A DNA stretch of 64,000 nt, from contig CAKPKE010000006.1 in NCBI GenBank assembly GCA_934167095.1, forward strand, positions 16,481 to 80,480, in the 5' to 3' direction. Under the pieces are notes generated by a model. That model was not told where the DNA came from, searched no databases, and saw only the letters and a program-made list of their open reading frames with translations. Shown one piece after another: positions 46,233 through 55,566 of the stretch. Numbering within the stretch: the stretch's first letter is position 1; the number at the start of each line of letters is the position of its first letter. This DNA comes from an uncultured Clostridia bacterium. GTDB lineage: Bacteria > Bacillota > Clostridia > TANB77 > CAG-508. Made by a program: the position numbers and the translations under genes.

Positions 46233-46258
46233 CAGTTTGTATGTAAGAACATAGTCAG
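46233..46258. repeat. left arm of an imperfect inverted repeat flanking the radical-SAM gene
   Basis: The reverse complement ctgactatgttcttacatacaaactg matches segments of 47739-47780. Confidence 0.6.
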
Positions 46259-46508
46259 TTATATCCAAACATATAAAAAGCAACTATTCATAATTAACAA
46301 ACATATCACGTTGAATGCGTTTCGGTGCTATATCTAAAATAAATCCTGTAATACTTGAATTTACAATGAAAGAAAAAATATTTAAAAACAGCTCTAAAAA
46401 CAAAATAGGAGCAAAAAACTCAAAATTTAAAGATGTTTTAGTAAAATTTATGTTCAACCTAGAATATGGGAACATATGCAAATACTAAATAAAAAAGAAG
46501 GAATATTT

Positions 46509-47588
46509 ATGTTAAAAGATTTATGTTTCGAGATAATACAGACTTGCCCTAATAAATGTAAGTTCTGTTCTTCAAATTCATCACAAGACAAACAAACAAT
46601 AATTACATTTGAACAGTTTAAAAAGACAGTTATGCATTTTATAAAACAAGGTGGAATAGAAGAATTATCAATTTCTGGTGGAGAACCATTTTTGCATCCA
46701 GATTTATTTGAAATGGTAAAGTTTTGTAAAGATAATGGAATTAAAACAGTTATATTCACTAGCGGGATAAAAAGAGCATCTGCAATGACAGTAGAAATGA
46801 TAGAATATATAAAAAACAAATGTAAACAAGATTTACAGGAAATAGAAAAACATGAACCATGGAATGAAAGATTAAAAATAAATGTAAAAGCATATTACGA
46901 TAGATGTTTAACACCAAAATCATTTGAAGGGATAACAAGACAGGAGTTCGAAAAATTAAAACAATTAGGATTAGACAAGATAGTATTTGACTGGCAAGCA
47001 TTTGAAGAATCAACTGATAATGAATTAATGGGAAGAAAAGGTTTAATTACATGCTTAATGGATTCGCTGATAAGAGCAAGCAGAACAGGGATAAATGTTG
47101 ATGTACACTTTATTCCAATGAAACCAAATTATAGACAGTTTTCTGATATAATTGAATGCTTAGAAATATCAGGTGTAAAAAATATAAGTGTCTTAAATTT
47201 TGTTCCTCAAGGCAGAGGAAGAGATAATAAAGAAGAGTTAATGCTAAGTAAAGAAGAATTGAAAGAGTTTTCAGAGATATTAAAAAAAGAAAAAGAACAT
47301 TATAGTGGCAATATTAGGATAGGAATTCCACTAAATGGAAAAATATCACATTTATGCACAGCAGGAACTGAAAAATTAGATATAAAGTATGATGGGACAG
47401 TATTACCATGCCCAGCATTTAAAGAAATGAGTATAGAGACAATGGAAAAGTATGGTATAAAATTACATAGCATATATGAAGATTTGGAAAAAGTAGTTGT
47501 ACATAGCGGAAAGAGAAAAGCACCATTGTGTAAACAAGTATATGGATTTAATGGAGATTTAACAGATAGTGATGAAATCATAAGATAG
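46509..47588 (+). CDS. radical SAM protein with a SPASM/twitch-like C-terminal Cys cluster
   Basis: CPNKCKFC (CX3CX2C), SISGGEPFLHPD, C-terminal HLCTAGTEKLDIKYDGTVLPCPAF. Start placed at ATG 46509 (AAGGA RBS). Confidence 0.8.
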   Translation: MLKDLCFEIIQTCPNKCKFCSSNSSQDKQTIITFEQFKKTVMHFIKQGGIEELSISGGEPFLHPDLFEMVKFCKDNGIKTVIFTSGIKRASAMTVEMIEYIKNKCKQDLQEIEKHEPWNERLKINVKAYYDRCLTPKSFEGITRQEFEKLKQLGLDKIVFDWQAFEESTDNELMGRKGLITCLMDSLIRASRTGINVDVHFIPMKPNYRQFSDIIECLEISGVKNISVLNFVPQGRGRDNKEELMLSKEELKEFSEILKKEKEHYSGNIRIGIPLNGKISHLCTAGTEKLDIKYDGTVLPCPAFKEMSIETMEKYGIKLHSIYEDLEKVVVHSGKRKAPLCKQVYGFNGDLTDSDEIIR

Positions 47589-47738
47589 ATTTGTTAGATA
47601 TTACAGATATTAATCCAGAAAAAATAGTAGAAATCAAATTTTTGCATTTGAAAAATATATTAATTTATTTTTAAAATAAAATTTTATATCACGAAAAAAT
47701 TGAAAAATTCATTTTGTGAAATATGATTTTGCAATAAT

Positions 47739-47780
47739 ATGTTCTTAATTGACATACAAGCTGACTAATATATGTTCTTA
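47739..47780. repeat. right arm (partly duplicated) of the inverted repeat flanking the radical-SAM gene
   Basis: atgttctta-attga-catacaagctgacta-atat-atgttctta compared with the reverse complement of 46233-46258. Confidence 0.6.
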
Positions 47781-47863
47781 TGCGATAAACCAGCCATGTA
47801 GAGGTGGTAACAGCATTAAAATTAAAAGCTTAAGAGTATAATATAAGTAAAAAGGAAAGTTTT

Positions 47864-49759
47864 ATGAATTTTGTTAAGACTATAAAGTCAAAAATTGAAG
47901 AATATAAGCAGTATAAAAACCCGAGAAACTCAAGGACATTGACTGCACAAAACAGTAAAAATAGAAATATATTTAAGTATATACAGGCAAAGACTCTAGG
48001 TAAAAAGTATGGAGAATCTTTATATAAGCATTTTAAAGTAATGGATGATGTTGAAAGCTATGAATTTTTAATAAATTTATTTGGAAAAAATAATATACAA
48101 AGAGCTTTAAATAATAAAGATGCAACAACAGTACAAATTGCAGAAGAGCTGTTTAAAGCAGAAAATATGGAAGTTTCTGATGATATACAAAGAAATTATG
48201 TGTTGAGAAACATGACTAATTGTATAGTTTTTAATAAAGCAACAGGCTTAAATTTATCTGAATTTCAGTTAGGTATTCAACCAGAAAATTTTTGTAGAAA
48301 ATCATTAAATAACAAAAATATGCTTGATATATTTAAAGAAAATAAAATAACCAAAGATATTTTGGAAGAATTATATAATATGTATGGCGAAGAAATAATA
48401 GCATGCTATAATAATGATGGATATTTGAGAAACAAGACTGTATTGAAATTAGATGGTAAATATGAAAATAGAAGTGCAGTTGGTGGATTACAAGATCATG
48501 TGACATATTATTCGGAAGAAGACTTTAAAGCAATCTTTCAGAAGTATTTTAATAATGAAGCTTTATCAAAAACAGAACAATATATTTTAGTGGGGCTATT
48601 AGCAAAAGAATCTGATTTAATTGGAACATATACAATTAAATATTTGAAAGAGCATCCAGAATATATAAAGTCTGAAATTGAAGTTGGAATTTTTGATGAT
48701 ATCGTAATTTCAGGAAAAAAATATACTAATGATGAAAGAAGAAAAAAAGCAACACTTTGCAAAGTATGGAATGAAGATGATTTGAATAGATACAATAATT
48801 TAAAATTGCTAAGACAGAGATTAGAAAGTTTACCAAAAACACAAAGTGTACTTGAAACAATGAATAATATTGATAAAATATTATCAATGTCATTAGACGA
48901 AATAGTAATGAAAAGTAGTGAAATTTCAGGTTTTATAGACTCTACATTTATGGAATATGAAGCTGAAAACAGAAATCAGGTTGTAGAAAAAGTATATGAT
49001 CCAGAAAAAACACAAGAAATAGTGATAACAGATTTGGCTCAAATGGATTCTGCTGCTATGTTGCACTTTTTCAATCCTGATAGAACAATATCAAATTTTG
49101 ATGAATATATAAAAGATTTGGAAGAAAAATATTCAAAACAATCAGGAAAGAAGTTTGAATTCTCAAAAAATGAAAAAGAAACAATGTTATTGCAGTATCA
49201 AGCTAAAGAGAATCATTATATAACAGACTATGTTTTTGATTTTGATATGGTAGGACAAGTAGGAAGTTTTGATACAAGCTACATTACAAATACTTCAAAT
49301 CAATTATGTGCAATGATTGTAAAACCTAAAGAAATTCTTAACGGAAATGGAATAAGAGGGCAAATAGCACTTGGTTTTTCAAAAGAAACATTAAGTCCAG
49401 AGCTAATTGCAATGATTTCCAATAAAAATATACATTCTAATAAAGGAATAAATTATGTTGAGAGTAGTAATCCATTTGAGGATTTTTCGGCTTCATATGA
49501 TGAATTAGTATCTGATGAGAAAAAAATTGGAGGTAATACTGAAGTAGTATTATTTAGAAATTCATACGAAAGTTCTTTGAAACCATCTTATGTTATGTAT
49601 GTTGGAAATGATAAATTGGAATCTACTGTAGAAAATGAAAAAATAGAATTAGTAAGAAAACAAATGAAAGAATTGGGACTAGAGATTCCATTAGTAATAT
49701 TTGATAGATATTCGATAAAAGAAAAGATGAAAAACAATGAATTAGACTTGGAGAATTAA
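47864..49759 (+). CDS. hypothetical 631-aa protein with no recognisable domain
   Basis: Long ORF with an AAAGGAAAG RBS and a TATAAT box upstream. Confidence 0.6.
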   Translation: MNFVKTIKSKIEEYKQYKNPRNSRTLTAQNSKNRNIFKYIQAKTLGKKYGESLYKHFKVMDDVESYEFLINLFGKNNIQRALNNKDATTVQIAEELFKAENMEVSDDIQRNYVLRNMTNCIVFNKATGLNLSEFQLGIQPENFCRKSLNNKNMLDIFKENKITKDILEELYNMYGEEIIACYNNDGYLRNKTVLKLDGKYENRSAVGGLQDHVTYYSEEDFKAIFQKYFNNEALSKTEQYILVGLLAKESDLIGTYTIKYLKEHPEYIKSEIEVGIFDDIVISGKKYTNDERRKKATLCKVWNEDDLNRYNNLKLLRQRLESLPKTQSVLETMNNIDKILSMSLDEIVMKSSEISGFIDSTFMEYEAENRNQVVEKVYDPEKTQEIVITDLAQMDSAAMLHFFNPDRTISNFDEYIKDLEEKYSKQSGKKFEFSKNEKETMLLQYQAKENHYITDYVFDFDMVGQVGSFDTSYITNTSNQLCAMIVKPKEILNGNGIRGQIALGFSKETLSPELIAMISNKNIHSNKGINYVESSNPFEDFSASYDELVSDEKKIGGNTEVVLFRNSYESSLKPSYVMYVGNDKLESTVENEKIELVRKQMKELGLEIPLVIFDRYSIKEKMKNNELDLEN

Positions 49760-49809
49760 ATATTATTATATGTCAAATAATAGAAAAATGATTCTAATCA
49801 TAAAAAATA

Positions 49810-49942
49810 TTATGATGAAATAAATAAAAAGATGCTAAGAGGAAGCTATGTAAAAAAAGCAATAGTTAATTACCAAAATAAATTAATTGCACCTATTGAT
49901 ATGGTAGATGTATTAAAAAATGAAAGGATTAATCAATTATAG
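49810..49942 (+). pseudogene. 3' fragment of a Nudix hydrolase gene (copy of the end of 55903-56346)
   Basis: YDEINKKMLRGSYVKKAIVNYQNKLIAPIDMVDVLKNERINQL* with no upstream part. Confidence 0.8.
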
Positions 49943-50465
49943 ATTAGTACTTCTATAAAATTGATTATATAAGAAAAATGAAGTTTGATTTAATAAATGT
50001 AGAAGAAAAGGACAAAAATATAATATATAATTTAATGCAGTTATATATGTATGATTTAAGTTCTTTTGAAGATGAAACTGCAACATTCACAATGCTAAAT
50101 TCTGGATTATATACAATGAGTAAGTATATTGAAAAATACTGGCAAGATAAAAATAGACATCCATATATATTAAAATGTAATGATGAATTAGCAGGATTTG
50201 TTTTATACAGATTTAATGAAGAAAATATGAATGAAATAGCTGAATTTTTTGTTCTTAAGAAGTACAGAAAAATAGGAGCAGGAACATTTATGGCAAATAA
50301 AATGTTTGGATTATATAAAGGAAGATGGGAAGTTAGAACATTATTAAAAAATGAAAGAGCTCAAAAATTTTGGAGAAATACCATAAAAAATTTTACAAAC
50401 AATAACTTTGAAGAAAGATATATTAGAGATAATTCAAGATTAGCTTTTTATTTTGAAAGTCAAAA
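49810..50465 (+). repeat. direct repeat copy 1 (3' end of a Nudix gene plus most of a GNAT gene)
   Basis: Collinear with 56214-56869 at a constant offset of 6404 nt. Near-identical for the first ~490 nt, more diverged afterwards. Confidence 0.9.
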
Positions 50466-50505
50466 CTATAGAACAGATAAAGTTTTGAAAAATATCAATT
50501 TATAA
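49978..50505 (+). CDS. GNAT-family N-acetyltransferase, copy 1
   Basis: AGFVLYRF..IAEFFVLKKYRKIGAGTFMANKMF. The first 108 aa are identical to ORF 56382. Confidence 0.8.
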   Translation: MKFDLINVEEKDKNIIYNLMQLYMYDLSSFEDETATFTMLNSGLYTMSKYIEKYWQDKNRHPYILKCNDELAGFVLYRFNEENMNEIAEFFVLKKYRKIGAGTFMANKMFGLYKGRWEVRTLLKNERAQKFWRNTIKNFTNNNFEERYIRDNSRLAFYFESQNYRTDKVLKNINL

Positions 50506-50537
50506 TAAGATTGGAAGATATAATTAAGGAGTAAAAA

Positions 50538-51371
50538 ATGATATTAGATTTAAGTAAAAAACAACATGTACCATTAATTAATATGTATAAAAAATGTAAG
50601 GGAATAGCTTTAGTAGGCAAATATTTGCCACAACTAACACCATTAAATAAGATGTATGTAATTGATTCTTTAGAAGATTGGGAACAAGTTGAAAGTGAAT
50701 TTCCTGTTACAATGATGACAGCAAGGTGTGATTGTTCTAAAGGAGTTAATGGAAAATTACCTAGTGGGCAAACTTTTAATAGAGATAGAGTAAAAGAGTA
50801 TATACAGGAAGTAAAGAGTGCTGTGCCAAATGCAGTAATTATATTACAGGACATGAAAAAAGGAACAAATGAAAGAATACATACTCAAGGTGGAGTGTGT
50901 CTTAATGTGAAAATTGGTGATTATGTGTATATGGATTATGTAGGACCAAGTTTTGATTGTAGAGAAATGTGTTTAGGAAAAGCAACACATGAATCATGGA
51001 GTATTCCTTGGAGTGAAGTGCCTTTTATGAAAGATTCTGCAATAACTAAGTATAAGACTTCAGAAATAAGTCAAGAAGGATATATAGAAACAGCTAAAGA
51101 AAGAATTGCTTTTCTAGTTAAAGCTTTTCCAGACAGAGCAGATGAGATATTTGAAACAATGCCAAAGAGGTATAAAGGAATAAGTAGACAGGCTTTTAGA
51201 GATATTAGGGATCAAGTAATATTTCCATTATGGATGCAACATGAACAATTATTAAGAGAAGGATTAGGTTCTTTCGGTGTAGAAGTCAATATAGTAGAAG
51301 ATGGGACTTTAGTTCCAATGGAGATACAAGTTCTAGATAGATTTAAAGCAAATGAAACTCAGGAAAGGTAG
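50538..51371 (+). CDS. hypothetical 277-aa protein
   Basis: ORF with an AAGGAG RBS. No domain recognised. Confidence 0.55.
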   Translation: MILDLSKKQHVPLINMYKKCKGIALVGKYLPQLTPLNKMYVIDSLEDWEQVESEFPVTMMTARCDCSKGVNGKLPSGQTFNRDRVKEYIQEVKSAVPNAVIILQDMKKGTNERIHTQGGVCLNVKIGDYVYMDYVGPSFDCREMCLGKATHESWSIPWSEVPFMKDSAITKYKTSEISQEGYIETAKERIAFLVKAFPDRADEIFETMPKRYKGISRQAFRDIRDQVIFPLWMQHEQLLREGLGSFGVEVNIVEDGTLVPMEIQVLDRFKANETQER

Positions 51372-51378
51372 GAAAAAT

Positions 51379-51924
51379 ATGGAAGAATTAGTTGATGTGT
51401 TAGATGAAAGAGGAATGTATACAGGGAAAACAGAAACTAGAGCAAATTGCAGTAAAGAAGGATTGTGGCACAAAGCGGTATGTGTATTTATAATAAATTC
51501 TAAAAGTCAAGTATTATTACAAAAAAGAAGTGCAAATAAAAAAACATGGCCTAATATGTGGGATGTAACAGCAGGCGGAAATGTACTAGCTGGAGAGTTT
51601 GGATTTCAAGCGATAATAAGAGAATGCAAAGAAGAGTTAGGGATTGAATTAAGTAAAAATGATATAACTTTTATAGGTTCGGTAATATCAACAAATAAAA
51701 AAGGAGATATTATTAATAATTATTTTAATGAATATTATATTGCAAACAAAGAAATAGATACAACCAAATTACAATTACAGAAAGAAGAATTATCAGAAGT
51801 AAAATGGATAGATAAAAATGAAATTATAGAAAGAATTAGAGACAATTACAATGGAATAACTGATAAAGAAGGATGTTGGGAATATCTAATAAAGTATTAT
51901 GAAATGTTAGATAAAACTATATAA
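51379..51924 (+). CDS. Nudix hydrolase (IDI-like subgroup)
   Basis: GLWHKAVCVFIIN..LLQKRSANKKTWPNMWDVTAGGNVLAGEFGFQAIIRECKEELGI. Start placed at ATG 51379. Confidence 0.75.
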   Translation: MEELVDVLDERGMYTGKTETRANCSKEGLWHKAVCVFIINSKSQVLLQKRSANKKTWPNMWDVTAGGNVLAGEFGFQAIIRECKEELGIELSKNDITFIGSVISTNKKGDIINNYFNEYYIANKEIDTTKLQLQKEELSEVKWIDKNEIIERIRDNYNGITDKEGCWEYLIKYYEMLDKTI

Positions 51925-51955
51925 AAATAAGAAAAAAAGAAAGGTTGTAAATAAA

Positions 51956-52846
51956 ATGAATAATATGTTTGCTATTATTGAAATAGGAAGTAATAATACA
52001 AAAACGCATATATACAAAGATGAAGATGTAATATATGAAAACACTACCACAATTGAATTTAAAAAGAATTATAAGAATGAAAATAAAATTAATGAAAATG
52101 ATTTAAATATATTGTATGAAGTAATAAAAAATGCTTTAAACTATACAAAAAATATAAGTATTTATGGATGTAGTATATTTAGGAATATATCTAAAGAAGA
52201 ATTAAGTGAAATTAATAAAAAATTATATAATAAATTTAGCATACAAATTCAAGTTGTATCTCAAGAAGAAGAGGCCAATTATACTGCTCTAGGATGTTAT
52301 AATGATATTGAATATGATGGTAATGTTTGTGTTTTTATAGGTGGCGGAGGTTCTATTGAACTAATCTTTGTCAATAATAAAAAGATTATAGATAAAAAAT
52401 ATTATAATTTTGGAGTTGTAGATATTACAAATAAATTTGATAGTTTAAAAAATGATATTCCAAATTGTTCTTTTGATGATGTTTATATTTATATTAATGA
52501 ATTAATTGGTAAAATAAATATTAAGGCAGATGTTTTAATATTAGCAGGTGGAGATCATTTATATTGGTATAATAATGCAAGATATAACTTAATAGAGAAT
52601 ACTTTGTATAAAAATGAAAATCAAAAATATATGTTAACAATTGAGATGAGTGATAATTACGATAAAAATGCTTTAATAACTTCTTTAGATAGAGTTAGAC
52701 AAAACAGTGATAATCCTAAATGGTTTGATGGTTCAAGAGCAATGAAAGTAATAACTAATTTGATTTCTCATAAAATTGATGCAAAGTATATTATTCCAAC
52801 AAAAATAAATATGGAAGATGGATTAAAAATGCAAAAAAAAATATAG
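51956..52846 (+). CDS. ASKHA-fold protein resembling the Ppx/GppA phosphatase family
   Basis: MFAIIEIGSNNTKTHIY.. (phosphate-1 motif), VFIGGGGSIELI. Confidence 0.5.
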   Translation: MNNMFAIIEIGSNNTKTHIYKDEDVIYENTTTIEFKKNYKNENKINENDLNILYEVIKNALNYTKNISIYGCSIFRNISKEELSEINKKLYNKFSIQIQVVSQEEEANYTALGCYNDIEYDGNVCVFIGGGGSIELIFVNNKKIIDKKYYNFGVVDITNKFDSLKNDIPNCSFDDVYIYINELIGKINIKADVLILAGGDHLYWYNNARYNLIENTLYKNENQKYMLTIEMSDNYDKNALITSLDRVRQNSDNPKWFDGSRAMKVITNLISHKIDAKYIIPTKINMEDGLKMQKKI

Positions 52847-53370
52847 ATAATATTATAAATAGCAGATATTCTGTTACTAAAAACATCTAACTAAAATCTA
52901 ACCAAAGTAAAAATAATTTACAAAAAAGCCTTAAATTTTGGAAATATTGATATTGTTAAAATTCATCAAAAAAATGGTAAAATTCATTAGAATTTCAAGG
53001 CTTTAAAGTTACTTAACTAACCACAAAGAAGCTTAAAGAAGTTTTACATGAAAACATGTAGAGTGCGTAGCAGTGCTACAACTAAAACAAAACATGTAAT
53101 ACTTGATTTTGATATGGTTTCAGAGATTTTATAACTTTTGAGACAAATGGCAGATTTGGCAAAGAAAAACATCAAAATTTGGGTGTCAAAGTTAAAGTAA
53201 TTGCTTAAGTGGTAAGTGGAAACACATAAAATCTTTTTTAAAAAATAGAGTAAAGTGCTTGAAATGTTAAGAAAATAGAGAATGTATCTACGGTAATCAT
53301 AACAGATGTGACTTATGTTGGTTTGTAGATATGAGGGAAACTTAAGGGTTTCAAGTGTTAAATAAAATTT

Positions 53371-53440
53371 ATTAAAATGAGTTATAGAGAATCTTTATTT
53401 AATAGGTGTCAGTAGATATGTGCTGATGCTTATTTTTTTC
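53371..53440 (+). repeat. ~70-nt intergenic repeat, copy 1 (hairpin plus T-run)
   Basis: attaaaatgagttatagagaatctttatttaataggtgtcagtagatatgtgctgatgcttattttttt, compared with 55391-55460. Confidence 0.85.
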
Positions 53441-53457
53441 ATTTGCAAAACAATTCT

Positions 53458-53532
53458 AATCTCCAATAAAAATGACATCAAGAGTATATGAACTCACATT
53501 GTTCGCTCTTGACATTATTTCTATTGGAGATT
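53458..53532. repeat. imperfect 27-bp inverted repeat
   Basis: aatctccaataaaaatgacatcaagag ... ctcttgacattatttctattggagatt (about 22 of 27 positions pair). Confidence 0.7.
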
Positions 53533-53671
53533 TTGTGGTAATTAAGCAAATGTAAGGATAAATTATTGGCAAAATACTATGAAAAATTATTAATTTGTGA
53601 TATATTATCAGTAGTTTTAGAGACATATTGAACTATTTCAATTTCAGAAATAGTTTAGAAAAGAGGAATGT

Positions 53672-53887
53672 ATGGAAAAAGTTGTATTAATAACTGGAAG
53701 CAGTAAAGGTATTGGAAAAGCTACAGCTGTAGAGTTTGCCAAAATAGGTGGATACAAAGTAGTAATAAATTATTTGGCAGATAAAGAAAATGCAGAAAAA
53801 TTGTCAAACTACTTAAAAGAAAAATATAAAATAGAAACATTAGTAATTAAAACAGATATATCAAATATGTTTTCTATAAAGATTTAG
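53672..53887 (+). pseudogene. N-terminal ~65-aa remnant of a short-chain dehydrogenase/reductase
   Basis: MEKVVLITGSSKGIGKATA.. (TGxxxGxG Rossmann motif), then a stop after the DISN region. The rest of the gene is absent. Confidence 0.75.
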
Positions 53888-53987
53888 AAAAGAAAGTTGA
53901 AGGTTTATTAGTACACGAAGAAGAATATAAAAGTTTATTTAAATGTATTAGAAATATAAACAGGGGTTAATTAGGAGGAATAAAAAA

Positions 53988-54511
53988 ATGGAAAATTATT
54001 TTATAATACATGGTTCTTTTGGGAGTCCATTTGGAAATTGGTTTAGTTGGTTACATGATTTTATAACCAAAGATGGCAAACAAGTATATGTACCGGATTT
54101 TCCAATTGGAGTAAGTTGTTAAAATATTATTTAGATTTAGGTCTTATAAATGAAAATACAACAATTATAGGACATAGTATTGCACCAATATTTATATCAA
54201 AATTTCTAGTTGAAAATAAAGAGAAAGTTAAGAAGTTAATATTTGTTTGTGGATTCAATAATTATCTAGGAATAAATGAAGAATATGATAATGTTAATAA
54301 ATCAATGTATTTTGAAAACTTGAAAGATATAAAACACTATGCTAATGAAATAATTTGTTTCTATTCAGATAATGATCCTTATGTAGCATATGAAGCGGAA
54401 AAGCACTTTGCAGAGACAGTTGCAACAGAACAAGTGCTAATACATAATGGTGGGCATATCAATAGTGAGAGTGGATATGATACATTTGAAGAAATAGTTA
54501 GTTATTTATAA
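53988..54511 (+). pseudogene. YdeN/RBBP9-like alpha/beta serine hydrolase with a -1 frame break near 54104
   Basis: MENYFIIHGSFGSPFGNWFSW..VYVPDFP continues in the other frame as NWSKLLKYYLDLGLINENTTIIGHSIAP (GHS nucleophile elbow). Confidence 0.7.
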
Positions 54512-54514
54512 GTT

Positions 54515-54569
54515 AATTGCCGTTTTCATTCGTAGATAATGAAAAAATTTACGAATGAAAACGGCAATT
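54515..54569 (+). terminator. perfect 20-bp inverted repeat hairpin
   Basis: aattgccgttttcattcgta (54515-54534) pairs with tacgaatgaaaacggcaatt (54550-54569). The T-run is weak. Confidence 0.55.
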
Positions 54570-54739
54570 TTAATAATAAAAACTGTAGCTTACATATTTC
54601 TATATAAGCTACATTCTAAATCATAACTGCTTACCGAAGTAAGCCTTCTCAGTCATCTAATTAAGTAGATTTCCTATTAATTAAATGATACTATATTTTT
54701 ATGCAAAAATCAAGGATTTTATGCAAATTCTTTATAACA

Positions 54740-55285
54740 TTAAGGAGTATTTTTGGATGGCAAGTATTTGAATAGGTCAGAATTTAAAAATGCTTTTGAT
54801 ATATTATCTAAATCTGTTCCTTTAATATTACCTTTTTTCTTTGTAAAATCTATTCTTTCAATACTTATAGGATTAATATTGAATATATTTACCCATCGTC
54901 TCATTGTTTTAAAACTATATATTTTACCAAGTTCAACATAAGTTTTACTAGCGAGTTGTTTTGCCGTAGGGTGTTTGCTTGTAATAGGTAGAACTAATAA
55001 TGTTTTTCCACCATTTTTTAGGACTACAGCAGGATGTCTACCACTAAATTCTTCACCAATATTGAATCCAAATTCAACCCAAACAACATCTCCACGAATA
55101 ATACATTCTTTTGATTTTTGTAAAAATTCTGGAGAATTAATTATGATTTTAGTTTTCTTATCAATCCATTCAAGATAATCTTTAGGAGAATTTCTTTTAT
55201 TAGAATAATCTTCATCTTTATGTATTTCATAATAATTATCTAAAGTATTTTTTGTATTATTTAAAATATCTAGTAATTCTTGCAT
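54740..55285 (-). CDS. PemK/MazF-like (CcdB/MazF fold) protein with a ~60-aa N-terminal extension and no adjacent antitoxin
   Basis: GDVVWVEFGFNIGEEFSGRHPAVVLKNGGKTLLVLPITSK. Confidence 0.6.
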   Translation of the reverse strand: MQELLDILNNTKNTLDNYYEIHKDEDYSNKRNSPKDYLEWIDKKTKIIINSPEFLQKSKECIIRGDVVWVEFGFNIGEEFSGRHPAVVLKNGGKTLLVLPITSKHPTAKQLASKTYVELGKIYSFKTMRRWVNIFNINPISIERIDFTKKKGNIKGTDLDNISKAFLNSDLFKYLPSKNTP

Positions 55286-55390
55286 ATACCAAACTTCCTT
55301 TCGTAGTTCGCATTATATCAGATATATACAAAAAATCAATAGTTTTTGAAAAGAAAGTAAAACTTTTGTTTAGATACACAATTGCAAATT

Positions 55391-55460
55391 ATTAAAATGA
55401 GTTGTAGAAAATCTTTATTTAAATAAGTGTCAGTAGATATGTGCTGATGCTTATTTTTTT
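55391..55460 (+). repeat. ~70-nt intergenic repeat, copy 2
   Basis: attaaaatgagttgtagaaaatctttatttaaataagtgtcagtagatatgtgctgatgcttattttttt. Confidence 0.85.
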
Positions 55461-55566
55461 ACAGGGTGATCTTATCACAAGTTATTCATATATTTTTTTA
55501 CATTTCAATTGTAAAATTAAGGAACATATGATAAATTATATACAGTAAAGATTAGGAGAATAGAAT

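Noticed and set aside
53041-53088. 48-nt stretch gtttta...ctaaaac with internal hairpins, reminiscent of a CRISPR repeat or tracrRNA.
   Set aside because: It is a single copy with no spacer-repeat periodicity and no cas genes in the window. It is also too long for a typical repeat.
53060-53670. A GTGCG motif that could mark a group II intron 5' end within the ~800-nt non-coding stretch.
   Set aside because: I could find no domain V-like hairpin or other intron domains. The region is very AT-rich and unstructured by eye.
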